Assembly: GCA_965279375.1 (NCBI GenBank)
Contig: OZ257156.1
Coordinates: 5,184,001-5,248,000 of the forward strand
DNA: 64,000 nt
From: Gemmatimonas sp.
GTDB taxonomy: Bacteria; Gemmatimonadota; Gemmatimonadetes; Gemmatimonadales; Gemmatimonadaceae
Direction: 5' to 3'
In this document: piece by piece, positions 28,008-36,500 of the stretch
Numbering within the stretch: position 1 is the first letter of the stretch
Layout: the number at the start of each line of letters is the position of its first letter
The notes under the pieces: generated by a model
What the model saw: only the letters and a program-made list of their open reading frames with translations
What the model was told of the DNA's origin: nothing
The model's database searches: none
Program-made: the position numbers and the translations under genes

Positions 28008-28586
28008 GTGCCCACCGAGATCAAGTCGCCCGATCGACGAGTCCAACGCACGCGTGATCTGCTGCTCGACGCGCTGGCGAGGCTGCTGATGGAGCGCGGC
28101 TACGAGCAGATCACCATCCAGCACATCCTCGATCGTGCCGGCGTGGGGCGGGCTACGTTCTACACGCACTTCGACAGCAAGCTCGATCTCTTGGTGTGCA
28201 GCATCGGTCGACTGCGCGACATGCTCGCCGCGCATGCACGCGATCTTCCCGGCACTCGTCTCGGCTTCTCTCTCGCGTATTTCGAACATATCCACTCGCA
28301 CCGGGCGATCTATCTCCACACGGTGAGTCGCGACGATGAGATAACGGTCGAGCGCGAGTTCCGTCGCATGCTACGCGAACTGGTGCAGCGCGATCTGTCC
28401 ACGCGGCGCACGCTCACAGATGTTGAGACGCTCGCGGTCGAATTCGTCGTGAGTGCGATCTGGTCCACGACCGTGTGGTGGATCGACAGCGGCTCCACAC
28501 TGACTCCGTTGCAGATCAACGCCTACTTCGAGCAGCTCGTTTTTCCGGGTCTCAACGGCATTCTCAAGGGGACGCACTTTACCTGA
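28008..28586 (+). CDS. TetR/AcrR family regulator
   Basis: DRRVQRTR...ITIQHILDRAGVGRATFYTHF HTH; GTG start. Confidence 0.9.
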   Translation: MPTEIKSPDRRVQRTRDLLLDALARLLMERGYEQITIQHILDRAGVGRATFYTHFDSKLDLLVCSIGRLRDMLAAHARDLPGTRLGFSLAYFEHIHSHRAIYLHTVSRDDEITVEREFRRMLRELVQRDLSTRRTLTDVETLAVEFVVSAIWSTTVWWIDSGSTLTPLQINAYFEQLVFPGLNGILKGTHFT

Positions 28587-28686
28587 CGATTCGGACGGCG
28601 TGCAACGGCACAACGTCTAGTGGCAATGCACGCGATGGTTGTACGCCAGCGGATCCATACGCGACCCATCGATCGCGTCGGCGCGG

Positions 28687-31398
28687 TCAGAAGCTGGTGC
28701 GCAGTCCGAAGGAGAGCGTGCGGCCTGCAGTGACGGTCGCGTTGTCGGGCGCGCCACGCTGCACGTTGAGCAGGTTGTCGCCACTCAGTTGCAGGGTGAT
28801 CTCCCGAACCAGGCGATAGTTCAGATTGGCGCGCACGCGCGTCACCCCGCCATAGCGCACCCAGAAGTCGCGCAGCCTCGCTCCGCTGATCTCGCGCTCG
28901 CGCTCCTGATCGACCAGCGCGCGCCCGATCGCCAGCCGATCGTACCCGATCCAGTCCGCAGCGCGCGACACGGTGGACCCAGCAGACCACCGCGACGCAT
29001 TCCATGTGGCGCTGAGACTCGTGGTGCGCGCCGGGACGTCGAGCATCCGGTCGCCAACGCGCAGGTCGCCGCGATATCCGTACGCCACCTGATCCACGCG
29101 GCTGTCCACCGTCGAGAAGGTGCCGGCCAACGAGAGCTGGTTGAGCTGCTTGCTCGCCTGAAATTCCCAACCGCGATTGGTGATGGCGCCGACGTTCTCG
29201 AGTAGATACGACATCGAACGCACGTAGCGACCGCCGGGAAGCTGCATGGACGTCGTGACGGCAACGGGCTGAATCAACCCCGACGCGCGCTGATCGAAGC
29301 GTGTGACGTGCAGCTGCCACGAGCGACCGAGCAACAGATCGAGTCCCGTCTCTACACCCGACTGCGACTCGGGCTGCAACGAGCTCGACGCCTGTACCGC
29401 CGTGCGGCCCATCCAGCTGGTGCCACGCGTCAAGCTCTGCACCGGGCGAATGCCCGTACCGTACGCCACACGTCCCTTCACTACCGCACTGCCCACGTCG
29501 CGCACGTGCGAGACGCCGAGCATGGGCAACACCTCCACCTGCGCTTGTGGCGTGATGCCGGTGCTGCGTTCCACGCGTCCGCCCGCGACCACGAACCAGC
29601 TGTCGTTGTACGACAGATTTGCCTGCGCGAGCACGCCACCGTTCTGCGCCCATGTGGTCCGCAACGACGTCGTCGCGATCGTCGCGGCCGGAACCGGTGG
29701 ACTGAACGCGGTTGCGTTGCTGCGCGTGAGCACGGGTTGCCCAGCTTCATCCTGAACCTGCCGCAACACCGCCTGCTCAGCCGCGAAGGTGAGATTGAGC
29801 GAGGTGCGCTCGGCGAGATCGAACCGTCCGACGGTGCGCAGTCGCAACGTGGAGCGATCGGCAGCGCCCTGCGCATCGGTCAGTGAGGACGCGCTGATGT
29901 TGGGCGTGGGCAGGCCGCCGCTCGTGAGTCCGCGCAACCGATATCCGTCCACGCCAGCGATGATGGTGTTGGTCCATCGCATCGACGGCATGAACGTCGC
30001 TGTGCCACCCACGGTGTACTGCGAGACTTCCTGTCCGCCTGTGCTGTCGCCGGAGAACGGCATCGTGTCGCGCGGCGCCGGATACGGCGAAGCGCCGCGC
30101 CCAGAATCTGGCGGCGCCATCGAGCTGGCCGCGCGCGCGAGCAATTTGTAGTCGGTGGCCTGCGAGTTCTTCACGCCGTCGAACGATGGCGTCAGTCCAC
30201 CCAACACGAGGTTGCTGCTCGCATTGGCACGCTGCATCGAGAACCGCGCCGTGCCGGTGAGCACGCTGCGCGAACGCACCACGCGCAGGTCGGCATCGCC
30301 AAGCACACGCTGCTCCGACGCACCGGGCACGTACGCACCCACCGTGCCGAGGTTGAGCCCGAGTCCGAACGTGCGCTTGCCCGAACCGCCACGCAACGAG
30401 AGGGTGTGCTCCTGCACGAACGCATCGCGCGGCGCGTACGATGTCGCCGACATGCCTGCGCTCGTGGAGAGCTGCAGTTGCATCGTGCCGGCCGGCGTGC
30501 CGTCATGCCGCGTGAGAATGTTCACCACGCCGCTGATGGCATCGGCGCCGTACAGCGCGGCGCCCTGCGGCCCACGAATCACTTCCACGCGATCCACGCG
30601 CGCTGGATCGATTTGCGTGACGAGCAACGGGTTCGCCACCTCGATGCCGTCCAGATAGATCTTGGGCGCGCTCACACCAAACGAGCTCGCGCCGCGAATG
30701 CTGCCGTAGCGTGCCGACACCGAGCCCGCGGACGTGCTCCAGCTCCAGAGACCGGGCACCGCCATGTCGAGCGCTTCGGCCAGTGACGACGTGTGCTGCT
30801 TGGCCAGCGTCGCCCCTTCGATGACATCGAGCGCAAAGGGCGATCCGCGCTGCGACGCGCCATCGGGCGTGCCCGTGACCACCACGCGATCGAGCACACT
30901 GGCCCGACGCGCTGTGATACCGACATCGAGCGAGTTGCCGGTGCGCGACGGCGCCAGAATGACCTGCGAGGTGCCGATCACGATGGGTCTGAGCGTCGTG
31001 CCCGCGAGCAGCGTTTCCAGCACGGCACCAATGGCCACGCGCTCGAGCGACACGCACACTTTGCGGTCACGCGGCAGCAGCTCCGCGCTGTACGACAGCT
31101 CCACCTGCGCGCTGCCCGCGACCTTGTCCAGCACATCGCGCAGGATCGCGTCGGACTGCCGCACGGTCACGATGCGATCAAGCGGCGCCGCCCACGACGA
31201 ATTCCGATCGGCCGTGCTGATGCGTGACACACACGAGGCTTCGGCGGTGGCGACCGCCTCACGGGCCCGCACGCGCGTCGGTGCGGCCTCCAGCAGTTGC
31301 GCGTGCAGCAGTTGCGGACACACGAACGCCGCGGACGCGATCAGTCGCGCGATCGCCCCCGCGACGAACTGTCGCTGTCCTGCACCGTGTGCCCGCAT
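28687..31398 (-). CDS. TonB-dependent receptor with N-terminal STN-like signalling domain
   Basis: STN-like segment (LRDVLDKVAGSAQVELSYS), DRVVVTG TonB box, VEVIRGPQGAALYGADAISGVVNI plug, C-terminal F. Confidence 0.88.
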   Translation of the reverse strand: MRAHGAGQRQFVAGAIARLIASAAFVCPQLLHAQLLEAAPTRVRAREAVATAEASCVSRISTADRNSSWAAPLDRIVTVRQSDAILRDVLDKVAGSAQVELSYSAELLPRDRKVCVSLERVAIGAVLETLLAGTTLRPIVIGTSQVILAPSRTGNSLDVGITARRASVLDRVVVTGTPDGASQRGSPFALDVIEGATLAKQHTSSLAEALDMAVPGLWSWSTSAGSVSARYGSIRGASSFGVSAPKIYLDGIEVANPLLVTQIDPARVDRVEVIRGPQGAALYGADAISGVVNILTRHDGTPAGTMQLQLSTSAGMSATSYAPRDAFVQEHTLSLRGGSGKRTFGLGLNLGTVGAYVPGASEQRVLGDADLRVVRSRSVLTGTARFSMQRANASSNLVLGGLTPSFDGVKNSQATDYKLLARAASSMAPPDSGRGASPYPAPRDTMPFSGDSTGGQEVSQYTVGGTATFMPSMRWTNTIIAGVDGYRLRGLTSGGLPTPNISASSLTDAQGAADRSTLRLRTVGRFDLAERTSLNLTFAAEQAVLRQVQDEAGQPVLTRSNATAFSPPVPAATIATTSLRTTWAQNGGVLAQANLSYNDSWFVVAGGRVERSTGITPQAQVEVLPMLGVSHVRDVGSAVVKGRVAYGTGIRPVQSLTRGTSWMGRTAVQASSSLQPESQSGVETGLDLLLGRSWQLHVTRFDQRASGLIQPVAVTTSMQLPGGRYVRSMSYLLENVGAITNRGWEFQASKQLNQLSLAGTFSTVDSRVDQVAYGYRGDLRVGDRMLDVPARTTSLSATWNASRWSAGSTVSRAADWIGYDRLAIGRALVDQEREREISGARLRDFWVRYGGVTRVRANLNYRLVREITLQLSGDNLLNVQRGAPDNATVTAGRTLSFGLRTSF

Positions 31399-31403
31399 GC
31401 GCC

Positions 31404-32513
31404 TCAGGGTGTCGTGCTTCGTCCCGTCATCTGCAAAGTGACCGTATCGCCGCGCTGCACTGCGTCCGCGCCGAGGATCAGCGCGATGGCATTGATCACC
31501 GTGGTCACCGAGTCCGACGGGAGCGACGCGGTGAGCGTGCGCTGCGGCAGCTCGGCGCCTTCCAACTTGAGCTCGATGCCATACCAGCGACGCAGATCTG
31601 CCTGCACCTCGGTCATCGGCGTGTCCCGGTACGACAACTTGCCATGCGTCCAGGAAACATCGTCTTCCGTCACGATACCGCGCGCGACCTCGACACGTTC
31701 CCCTCGCACGACGCCGCGGTCGCCCGCGCGCAACTCAACCGGCGCCTGCTTCCCCGACTTGGTCTCGGTCAGCGCCACGATGCCGTGCGTCACGGCGACG
31801 GACACGCCACCGTCGTCCGCCCGAACCGAGAACGCCGTGCCGATGTCGCGAATCTCGGCGCCACGTGCGAGTACCGTGAACGGATGCGCGCCGTCGTGCT
31901 TCACATCAAAGAAGGCCTCGCCTTCGAGCGTGATCGTACGCGACTCGACACCAAAACCCGCAGCCACCGTGAGCTTGCTGCCCGGGGCCAGAATCACACG
32001 GCTGCCGTCGGCGAGATTGATGGAATCCCGCGCGCCCACCTTGGTGGCGAACACCTGCTCGGCGGTCGGCGCGTCAGACCCACGCCGATTGACCACGAAG
32101 ACGGCAAGCGCCGCCGCGGCAGCCAGCGATGCCACCATCCAACCGCGGATCGGGCGGCGCGCCTCTGCCGCGATACGGGCAGGCGCTGGCCGACCACGCG
32201 TTGCATCGGACGCCAAGCCGCCGCGCTCCACCGTGAGGGCCGGCGGGGCCATCGCTCCACCATCGTCCGCCATCCGAGCCCGAACACGCGCCAGCGCCGC
32301 CTCCGTATCCACAGAGATCGCGGCCCTCGCCTCGGCGAGCCCAGCGCGGCGGTGCACCGCCTCGACCAGCGCGGCATCCCCGGGATGCGCAGCCAACCAT
32401 GCCGCCACCGAACGCGCTTCGACGGGATCGCTCTCACCCGCGATGAAGCGGGCGATCGCGTCCCAATCGGCGGCGGAATCGTTGGAGGAAGGGAGACCGG
32501 AGTCGTTCTGCAT
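31404..32513 (-). CDS. FecR family anti-sigma/transducer
   Basis: N-terminal anti-sigma domain, one TM, LADGSRVILAPGSKL, LEGEAFFDV, IGTAFSV, SWTHGKL. Confidence 0.9.
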   Translation of the reverse strand: MQNDSGLPSSNDSAADWDAIARFIAGESDPVEARSVAAWLAAHPGDAALVEAVHRRAGLAEARAAISVDTEAALARVRARMADDGGAMAPPALTVERGGLASDATRGRPAPARIAAEARRPIRGWMVASLAAAAALAVFVVNRRGSDAPTAEQVFATKVGARDSINLADGSRVILAPGSKLTVAAGFGVESRTITLEGEAFFDVKHDGAHPFTVLARGAEIRDIGTAFSVRADDGGVSVAVTHGIVALTETKSGKQAPVELRAGDRGVVRGERVEVARGIVTEDDVSWTHGKLSYRDTPMTEVQADLRRWYGIELKLEGAELPQRTLTASLPSDSVTTVINAIALILGADAVQRGDTVTLQMTGRSTTP

Positions 32514-32520
32514 ACCCTGA

Positions 32521-32547
32521 GAACACGGAAGCGGAAAACCACCCTAC
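32521..32547 (-). promoter_or_regulatory. putative ECF promoter GTAGGGTGG-N12-GTGTTC for fecR
   Basis: Ends 7 nt before the fecR ATG; the same motif with the same spacing recurs at 33279-33305. Confidence 0.7.
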
Positions 32548-32701
32548 GTGGCCAAACGGCTGTCGTCTTAACGTTCGCGCGGACGCAGCGTCGCCTTGTG
32601 CGATGGCAGGACGGGATGAGTAGTATACGCTAGTAGAACGTCCGGTTCGCGGCCACCATAAGGACCGCGCGCCGCCAACTCGAACCCCTCAGCCCTGATT
32701 C

Positions 32702-33262
32702 GTGGACGACCGTGACCTTCTGACGCGCCTTCGAGGCGGAGATCACACGGCGTTCGACGAGATCTTCCGGCAGTGGTACGAGCCCGTCGTCCGATCGGCC
32801 AACCGGGTGCTTCACGACCCGGGGGTGGCCGAGGAACTCTCGCAGGATGTCTTTCTGGAGTTCTGGCGACGACGTGAAACGCTGGCCCCCGACAGCAGCA
32901 TCGCGGGCTACCTGATGCAGGCGGTTCGCAACCGCTCGCTCAACCACCTGCGGCACCTGGCCGTCCAGAAGAAGAGCGTCGTCTATGTCGAAGCGCTGTC
33001 CGAACCCGCGGAGCAGGCCGATGTGGCCGTGCAGAGCGGTGAGGTCGAGCGCGCCATCGCCGATGCCATCGCCGAACTGCCGCCGCGCACGCGCGAGGTG
33101 TTCGTCATGAGCCGAGAGCGTGGACTGCGCTACAGCGAGATCGCCGATGAGTTGGGGATTTCCGTCAAAGCGGTGGAGGCCAACATGAGTCGCGCGTTGC
33201 GAATGCTGCGCGAGCTGTTGGCTCCGTTCCTCAAGGGTGACGACGAACTCGACGACGACTGA
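32702..33262 (+). CDS. ECF RNA polymerase sigma-70 factor (FecI-like)
   Basis: AEELSQDVF region 2; LPPRTREVFVMSR.RGLRYSEIA..LGISVKAVE region 4; adjacent to fecR. Confidence 0.92.
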   Translation: MDDRDLLTRLRGGDHTAFDEIFRQWYEPVVRSANRVLHDPGVAEELSQDVFLEFWRRRETLAPDSSIAGYLMQAVRNRSLNHLRHLAVQKKSVVYVEALSEPAEQADVAVQSGEVERAIADAIAELPPRTREVFVMSRERGLRYSEIADELGISVKAVEANMSRALRMLRELLAPFLKGDDELDDD

Positions 33263-33278
33263 CGTCGATTGACCGCGG

Positions 33279-33305
33279 GTAGGGTGGGCAAACCGTCGTG
33301 TGTTC
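33279..33305 (+). promoter_or_regulatory. putative ECF promoter GTAGGGTGG-N12-GTGTTC for the downstream lipoprotein gene
   Basis: Exact match in both boxes and spacing to the motif upstream of fecR. Confidence 0.7.
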
Positions 33306-33377
33306 CTTGGCCAGAACGCCTGCTGTGCCGTCGCGACTCCCGTGACGCCTGCCGCAGCCGAACCCGAGGACCTCTCG

Positions 33378-34352
33378 ATGACCCGCTCCCGTACGCTGTC
33401 GCTGACCGTGGCCACGACGCTGTTTGGTCTGGCGGCGTGTTCATCCAATGACATGCTCTCGCCCAGCCGCGAGACGTTGGCGCTGACGGCCAGCGCATTC
33501 AATACGGCCCCGGCCGGCGTCAGCGAGACCAGCAACTCCTTCGCGCCCGGCGACGGATCTGCCGCGATGCCGTGGATGCCTGACCGCATGTCCGGCGGCC
33601 CGCTCGGCGCCGCGTTCGGTGGCTTTGGGGGCGGCGACGGTGGCCCTGGCGGCCCGGGGATGAAGGGGCTGATGGGCGGTGGTATGGATGGCGCGTTCGT
33701 GGGTGGAGATACGCGCGGCCGTGGCTCCGAGCGTGGGCCCTTCGCCGGCGGCATTGATGACTCGTGCGTCTTCAGCGCCACCACGGGCGACGTCACCTGC
33801 GGCCCCACCACACGCAACGGCCTGACGATCACGCGCATCAGCACCTTCAAGACGGCCGCCGGCACCGCGCAGGCCAAGCCGGACAGCACCACCGATTCCG
33901 ATCGGACGCGCATCACCGTCAGCGGCACCGTCACCCGTCGCGACAGCGTCACCGCCACTGTATCCAGCAGCAGCGACCGCACGACGATCGGGCTCGCCTA
34001 CAACAGCACCAAGCGCACCGTCAACGGCAAGTCGGCCGGCACGGAGAACGCCACTGGCAAGAACCGCGAGGGCAAACAGTTCACCTCCGTTCGCACCTCG
34101 GGCGATACGACCGTCAACCTCGTGATCCCCAAGTCCACCGACGGCAGCGCGCGCAGCTATCCCACCTCGGGAACGGTCACGCGCTCCATGAAGGTCGTGA
34201 TGACGATCGCCGGTTCGGCGGCTACGACGTCCACGCGCCGCGAGGTCATCACCTACGACGGCACGTCGACGGCGAAGGTGACGCTCACGTCGGATGGCAC
34301 GACCAAGTCCTGCACGATGGCGCTGCCGCGCGGTCGCCTCGTCTGCCCGTAA
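33378..34352 (+). CDS. hypothetical lipoprotein with Gly/Met/Pro-rich segment and Thr/Ser-rich beta domain
   Basis: GAGG RBS; lipobox LAAC; YPTSGTV motif; paired Cys. Confidence 0.8.
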   Translation: MTRSRTLSLTVATTLFGLAACSSNDMLSPSRETLALTASAFNTAPAGVSETSNSFAPGDGSAAMPWMPDRMSGGPLGAAFGGFGGGDGGPGGPGMKGLMGGGMDGAFVGGDTRGRGSERGPFAGGIDDSCVFSATTGDVTCGPTTRNGLTITRISTFKTAAGTAQAKPDSTTDSDRTRITVSGTVTRRDSVTATVSSSSDRTTIGLAYNSTKRTVNGKSAGTENATGKNREGKQFTSVRTSGDTTVNLVIPKSTDGSARSYPTSGTVTRSMKVVMTIAGSAATTSTRREVITYDGTSTAKVTLTSDGTTKSCTMALPRGRLVCP

Positions 34353-34371
34353 GTCGAGCAGCCCTGAAACG

Positions 34372-34403
34372 CCGAAGACGCTGCGGGAACGCGGCGTCTT
34401 CGG
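34372..34403. terminator. intrinsic terminator-like hairpin between convergent genes
   Basis: CCGAAGACGCTGCG-GGAA-CGCGGCGTCTTCGG followed by AAAA (U-tract on the minus strand). Confidence 0.75.
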
Positions 34404-34433
34404 AAAACCAGCGCACTCCTTCGGCCTGCGCGT

Positions 34434-35399
34434 CTATCTGATGCGCAGGCCGATTCTGTGTGCCGCAGGCCGCCCGCCGCGAAACGGCTCGATGGCGTAG
34501 TCCACGGAAAAGCGGTCGACCACGAGTCCGAGCCCGCCTGTGACGAACGACTCGTCGCGCTCGCGTGGCAATCGCATGCCGTTGCGCACCACGAGCGACA
34601 CGCCTTCGATGGGCACGAAGCCGAGCTCCACGCCGCCGGCCGGGCGCACGAAGCTGTTCCCTTCGAGCGTGACCTGCATTTGCGCACCGAGGTCGAGATG
34701 CTCGCCGATGGGGAACAGTCCGCCGCCCCAGCCGAGACCGATCTTCCGCGGCAGTGGGCCCTTCGCGCCGCCCAAGCGCAGCCCGGCGCCCAGGTTCTGT
34801 GCAACGAACGCGAGATTGGCCGGCCCCATCGGCATGACGAAGCCGAGGTCGAACGCCACGGTGCCGTCGTGCGCCGCGCCAAAGCGATCCTCGGCGTACT
34901 TGACCGCAGCACCCACGCGATAGCCCTTCACCGTGCGCCCCACGCCCACGGTGAACGCGCTGCTCGATGCCGCCACGGTGCCCGCATCGGAGAGGGTGGT
35001 GGCACCGGGCTTCACAACGTCGTTCCAGCGGCTGCCGGCAGGAGCGTTGTACGACGCGAACTGCGCGGCCACGGCCACGCTGAGCGAGCCGACCGTGGAG
35101 ACTGTTCCGAGCGCACCGGCGTTGCCGTTGTCGCCGTAGCGCTGCAGGGAGACGGCCATGCCGCGCGCGCCATTGAGTGCGCCCGGATTGTAAAGCAATG
35201 CGTCGCCGTCGTTGCCGGCCAGTCCGGCGTTGGCCATGGCGAGCAGGCGCGCGCTCGACGGCAGCCGCAGCACGAGCGGCGCTTCCGCGCGCGACGGCGG
35301 CCCGCTCGATTGCGCGTCGAGTGCGCGGACATTCCAGCCCAGGGATCCGGCGGCCACGAGGCTCGCCAGCAATGCGCGGTGCGGCGCGCGTGGGGTCAT
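34434..35399 (-). CDS. outer-membrane beta-barrel protein, PorV/UPF0164-like
   Basis: [10 protein letters not shown]...[10 protein letters not shown]-terminal motif, AFDLG, VAQNLG, SVDYA. Confidence 0.6.
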   Translation of the reverse strand: MTPRAPHRALLASLVAAGSLGWNVRALDAQSSGPPSRAEAPLVLRLPSSARLLAMANAGLAGNDGDALLYNPGALNGARGMAVSLQRYGDNGNAGALGTVSTVGSLSVAVAAQFASYNAPAGSRWNDVVKPGATTLSDAGTVAASSSAFTVGVGRTVKGYRVGAAVKYAEDRFGAAHDGTVAFDLGFVMPMGPANLAFVAQNLGAGLRLGGAKGPLPRKIGLGWGGGLFPIGEHLDLGAQMQVTLEGNSFVRPAGGVELGFVPIEGVSLVVRNGMRLPRERDESFVTGGLGLVVDRFSVDYAIEPFRGGRPAAHRIGLRIR

Positions 35400-35803
35400 G
35401 CGTTCTCCGAAGAAGGCTGAAACGACAGCGAGGCTGAGTTGATGCAATAGCGAAGTCCCGTCGGCTCCGGACCATCGTCGAAAAGATGGCCCAGATGTGC
35501 GTCGCAGCGCGCGCAGTGCACTTCAGTACGCACCATGAACCAACTGCGATCGACGGTGGTCTCGACGGCGGCCTGCAGGATCGGCGCGGAATAGCTGGGC
35601 CACCCCGTGCCGGAATCAAATTTGGTGTCGGAGGCGAACACCGCCGCGCCGCAGCAGATGCAGGTGTACGTGCCCGCCTCGTGATGATCCCAGAAGTCGC
35701 CGCTGAATGCACGCTCGGTGCCGTGCTCGCGGGTCACATGGTACTGCTGCTTGGTGAGCGTACGCGCCCATTCGTCATCGGTCTTGCGAATCTTGTCGGA
35801 CAT
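35396..35803 (-). CDS. msrB: peptide-methionine (R)-S-oxide reductase
   Basis: [40 protein letters not shown]. Confidence 0.97.
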   Translation of the reverse strand: MSDKIRKTDDEWARTLTKQQYHVTREHGTERAFSGDFWDHHEAGTYTCICCGAAVFASDTKFDSGTGWPSYSAPILQAAVETTVDRSWFMVRTEVHCARCDAHLGHLFDDGPEPTGLRYCINSASLSFQPSSENA

Positions 35804-35819
35804 GTGTCAAATGAACGTG

Positions 35820-36500
35820 ATGATCACACCCCTCGCCAGCGTTCCCTCGCCCAACGCTGCGCACAATCTCTCCCCCTCCGGTGCCGACCACGCTCCGTCC
35901 CGTGCCGGTGCCGCGTCGTGGATGCTTGGTCCCCGCGTCCCGCAGACGAAGGGGACATTGTTGCGTCGAGTCGGCCTCTGGTTCCTGACCATCTCCGGAT
36001 GGCGGATCGAGGGCGCGATGCCCGATCTGCCGAAGTTCGTGGTGATCGTCGCGCACCATACGTCCAACTGGGACTTCCCGATCGGACTCGCCGCCAAGTG
36101 GGCCCTCGGACTCGATGTCCGTTGGCTCGGCAAGGACACGCTGTTTCGACCGCCCGTGGGGTGGTTCATGCGTGCGACAGGCGGTGTACCGGTGCGTCGT
36201 ACCAGTCGTGAGAACTTGGTAGAGCAGACGGCGCTCGAGTTCACGCAGCGCGAGCAGTTCGTGCTCGTGCTCGCACCAGAGGGCACGCGCAAGCGCGTCC
36301 CCGAGTGGAAGAGCGGCTTCTGGCATGTGGCCAAACGCGCGCAGGTCCCCATTTGCTGTGTCGCGCTCGACTGGAGTCGTCACGTAGTGCGCATGGGCCC
36401 CACGATCACGGCAGACGAAGACGATCCCGCCGCCGGCATTGCACGGATTCGCGGCTACTATGCGGACGTGCGCGGCTACGATCCTTCTCAGGAAACCTGA
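35820..36500 (+). CDS. lysophospholipid/1-acyl-sn-glycerol-3-phosphate acyltransferase family
   Basis: HTSNWD, APEGTRK, WKSGFWH; start uncertain. Confidence 0.88.
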   Translation: MITPLASVPSPNAAHNLSPSGADHAPSRAGAASWMLGPRVPQTKGTLLRRVGLWFLTISGWRIEGAMPDLPKFVVIVAHHTSNWDFPIGLAAKWALGLDVRWLGKDTLFRPPVGWFMRATGGVPVRRTSRENLVEQTALEFTQREQFVLVLAPEGTRKRVPEWKSGFWHVAKRAQVPICCVALDWSRHVVRMGPTITADEDDPAAGIARIRGYYADVRGYDPSQET

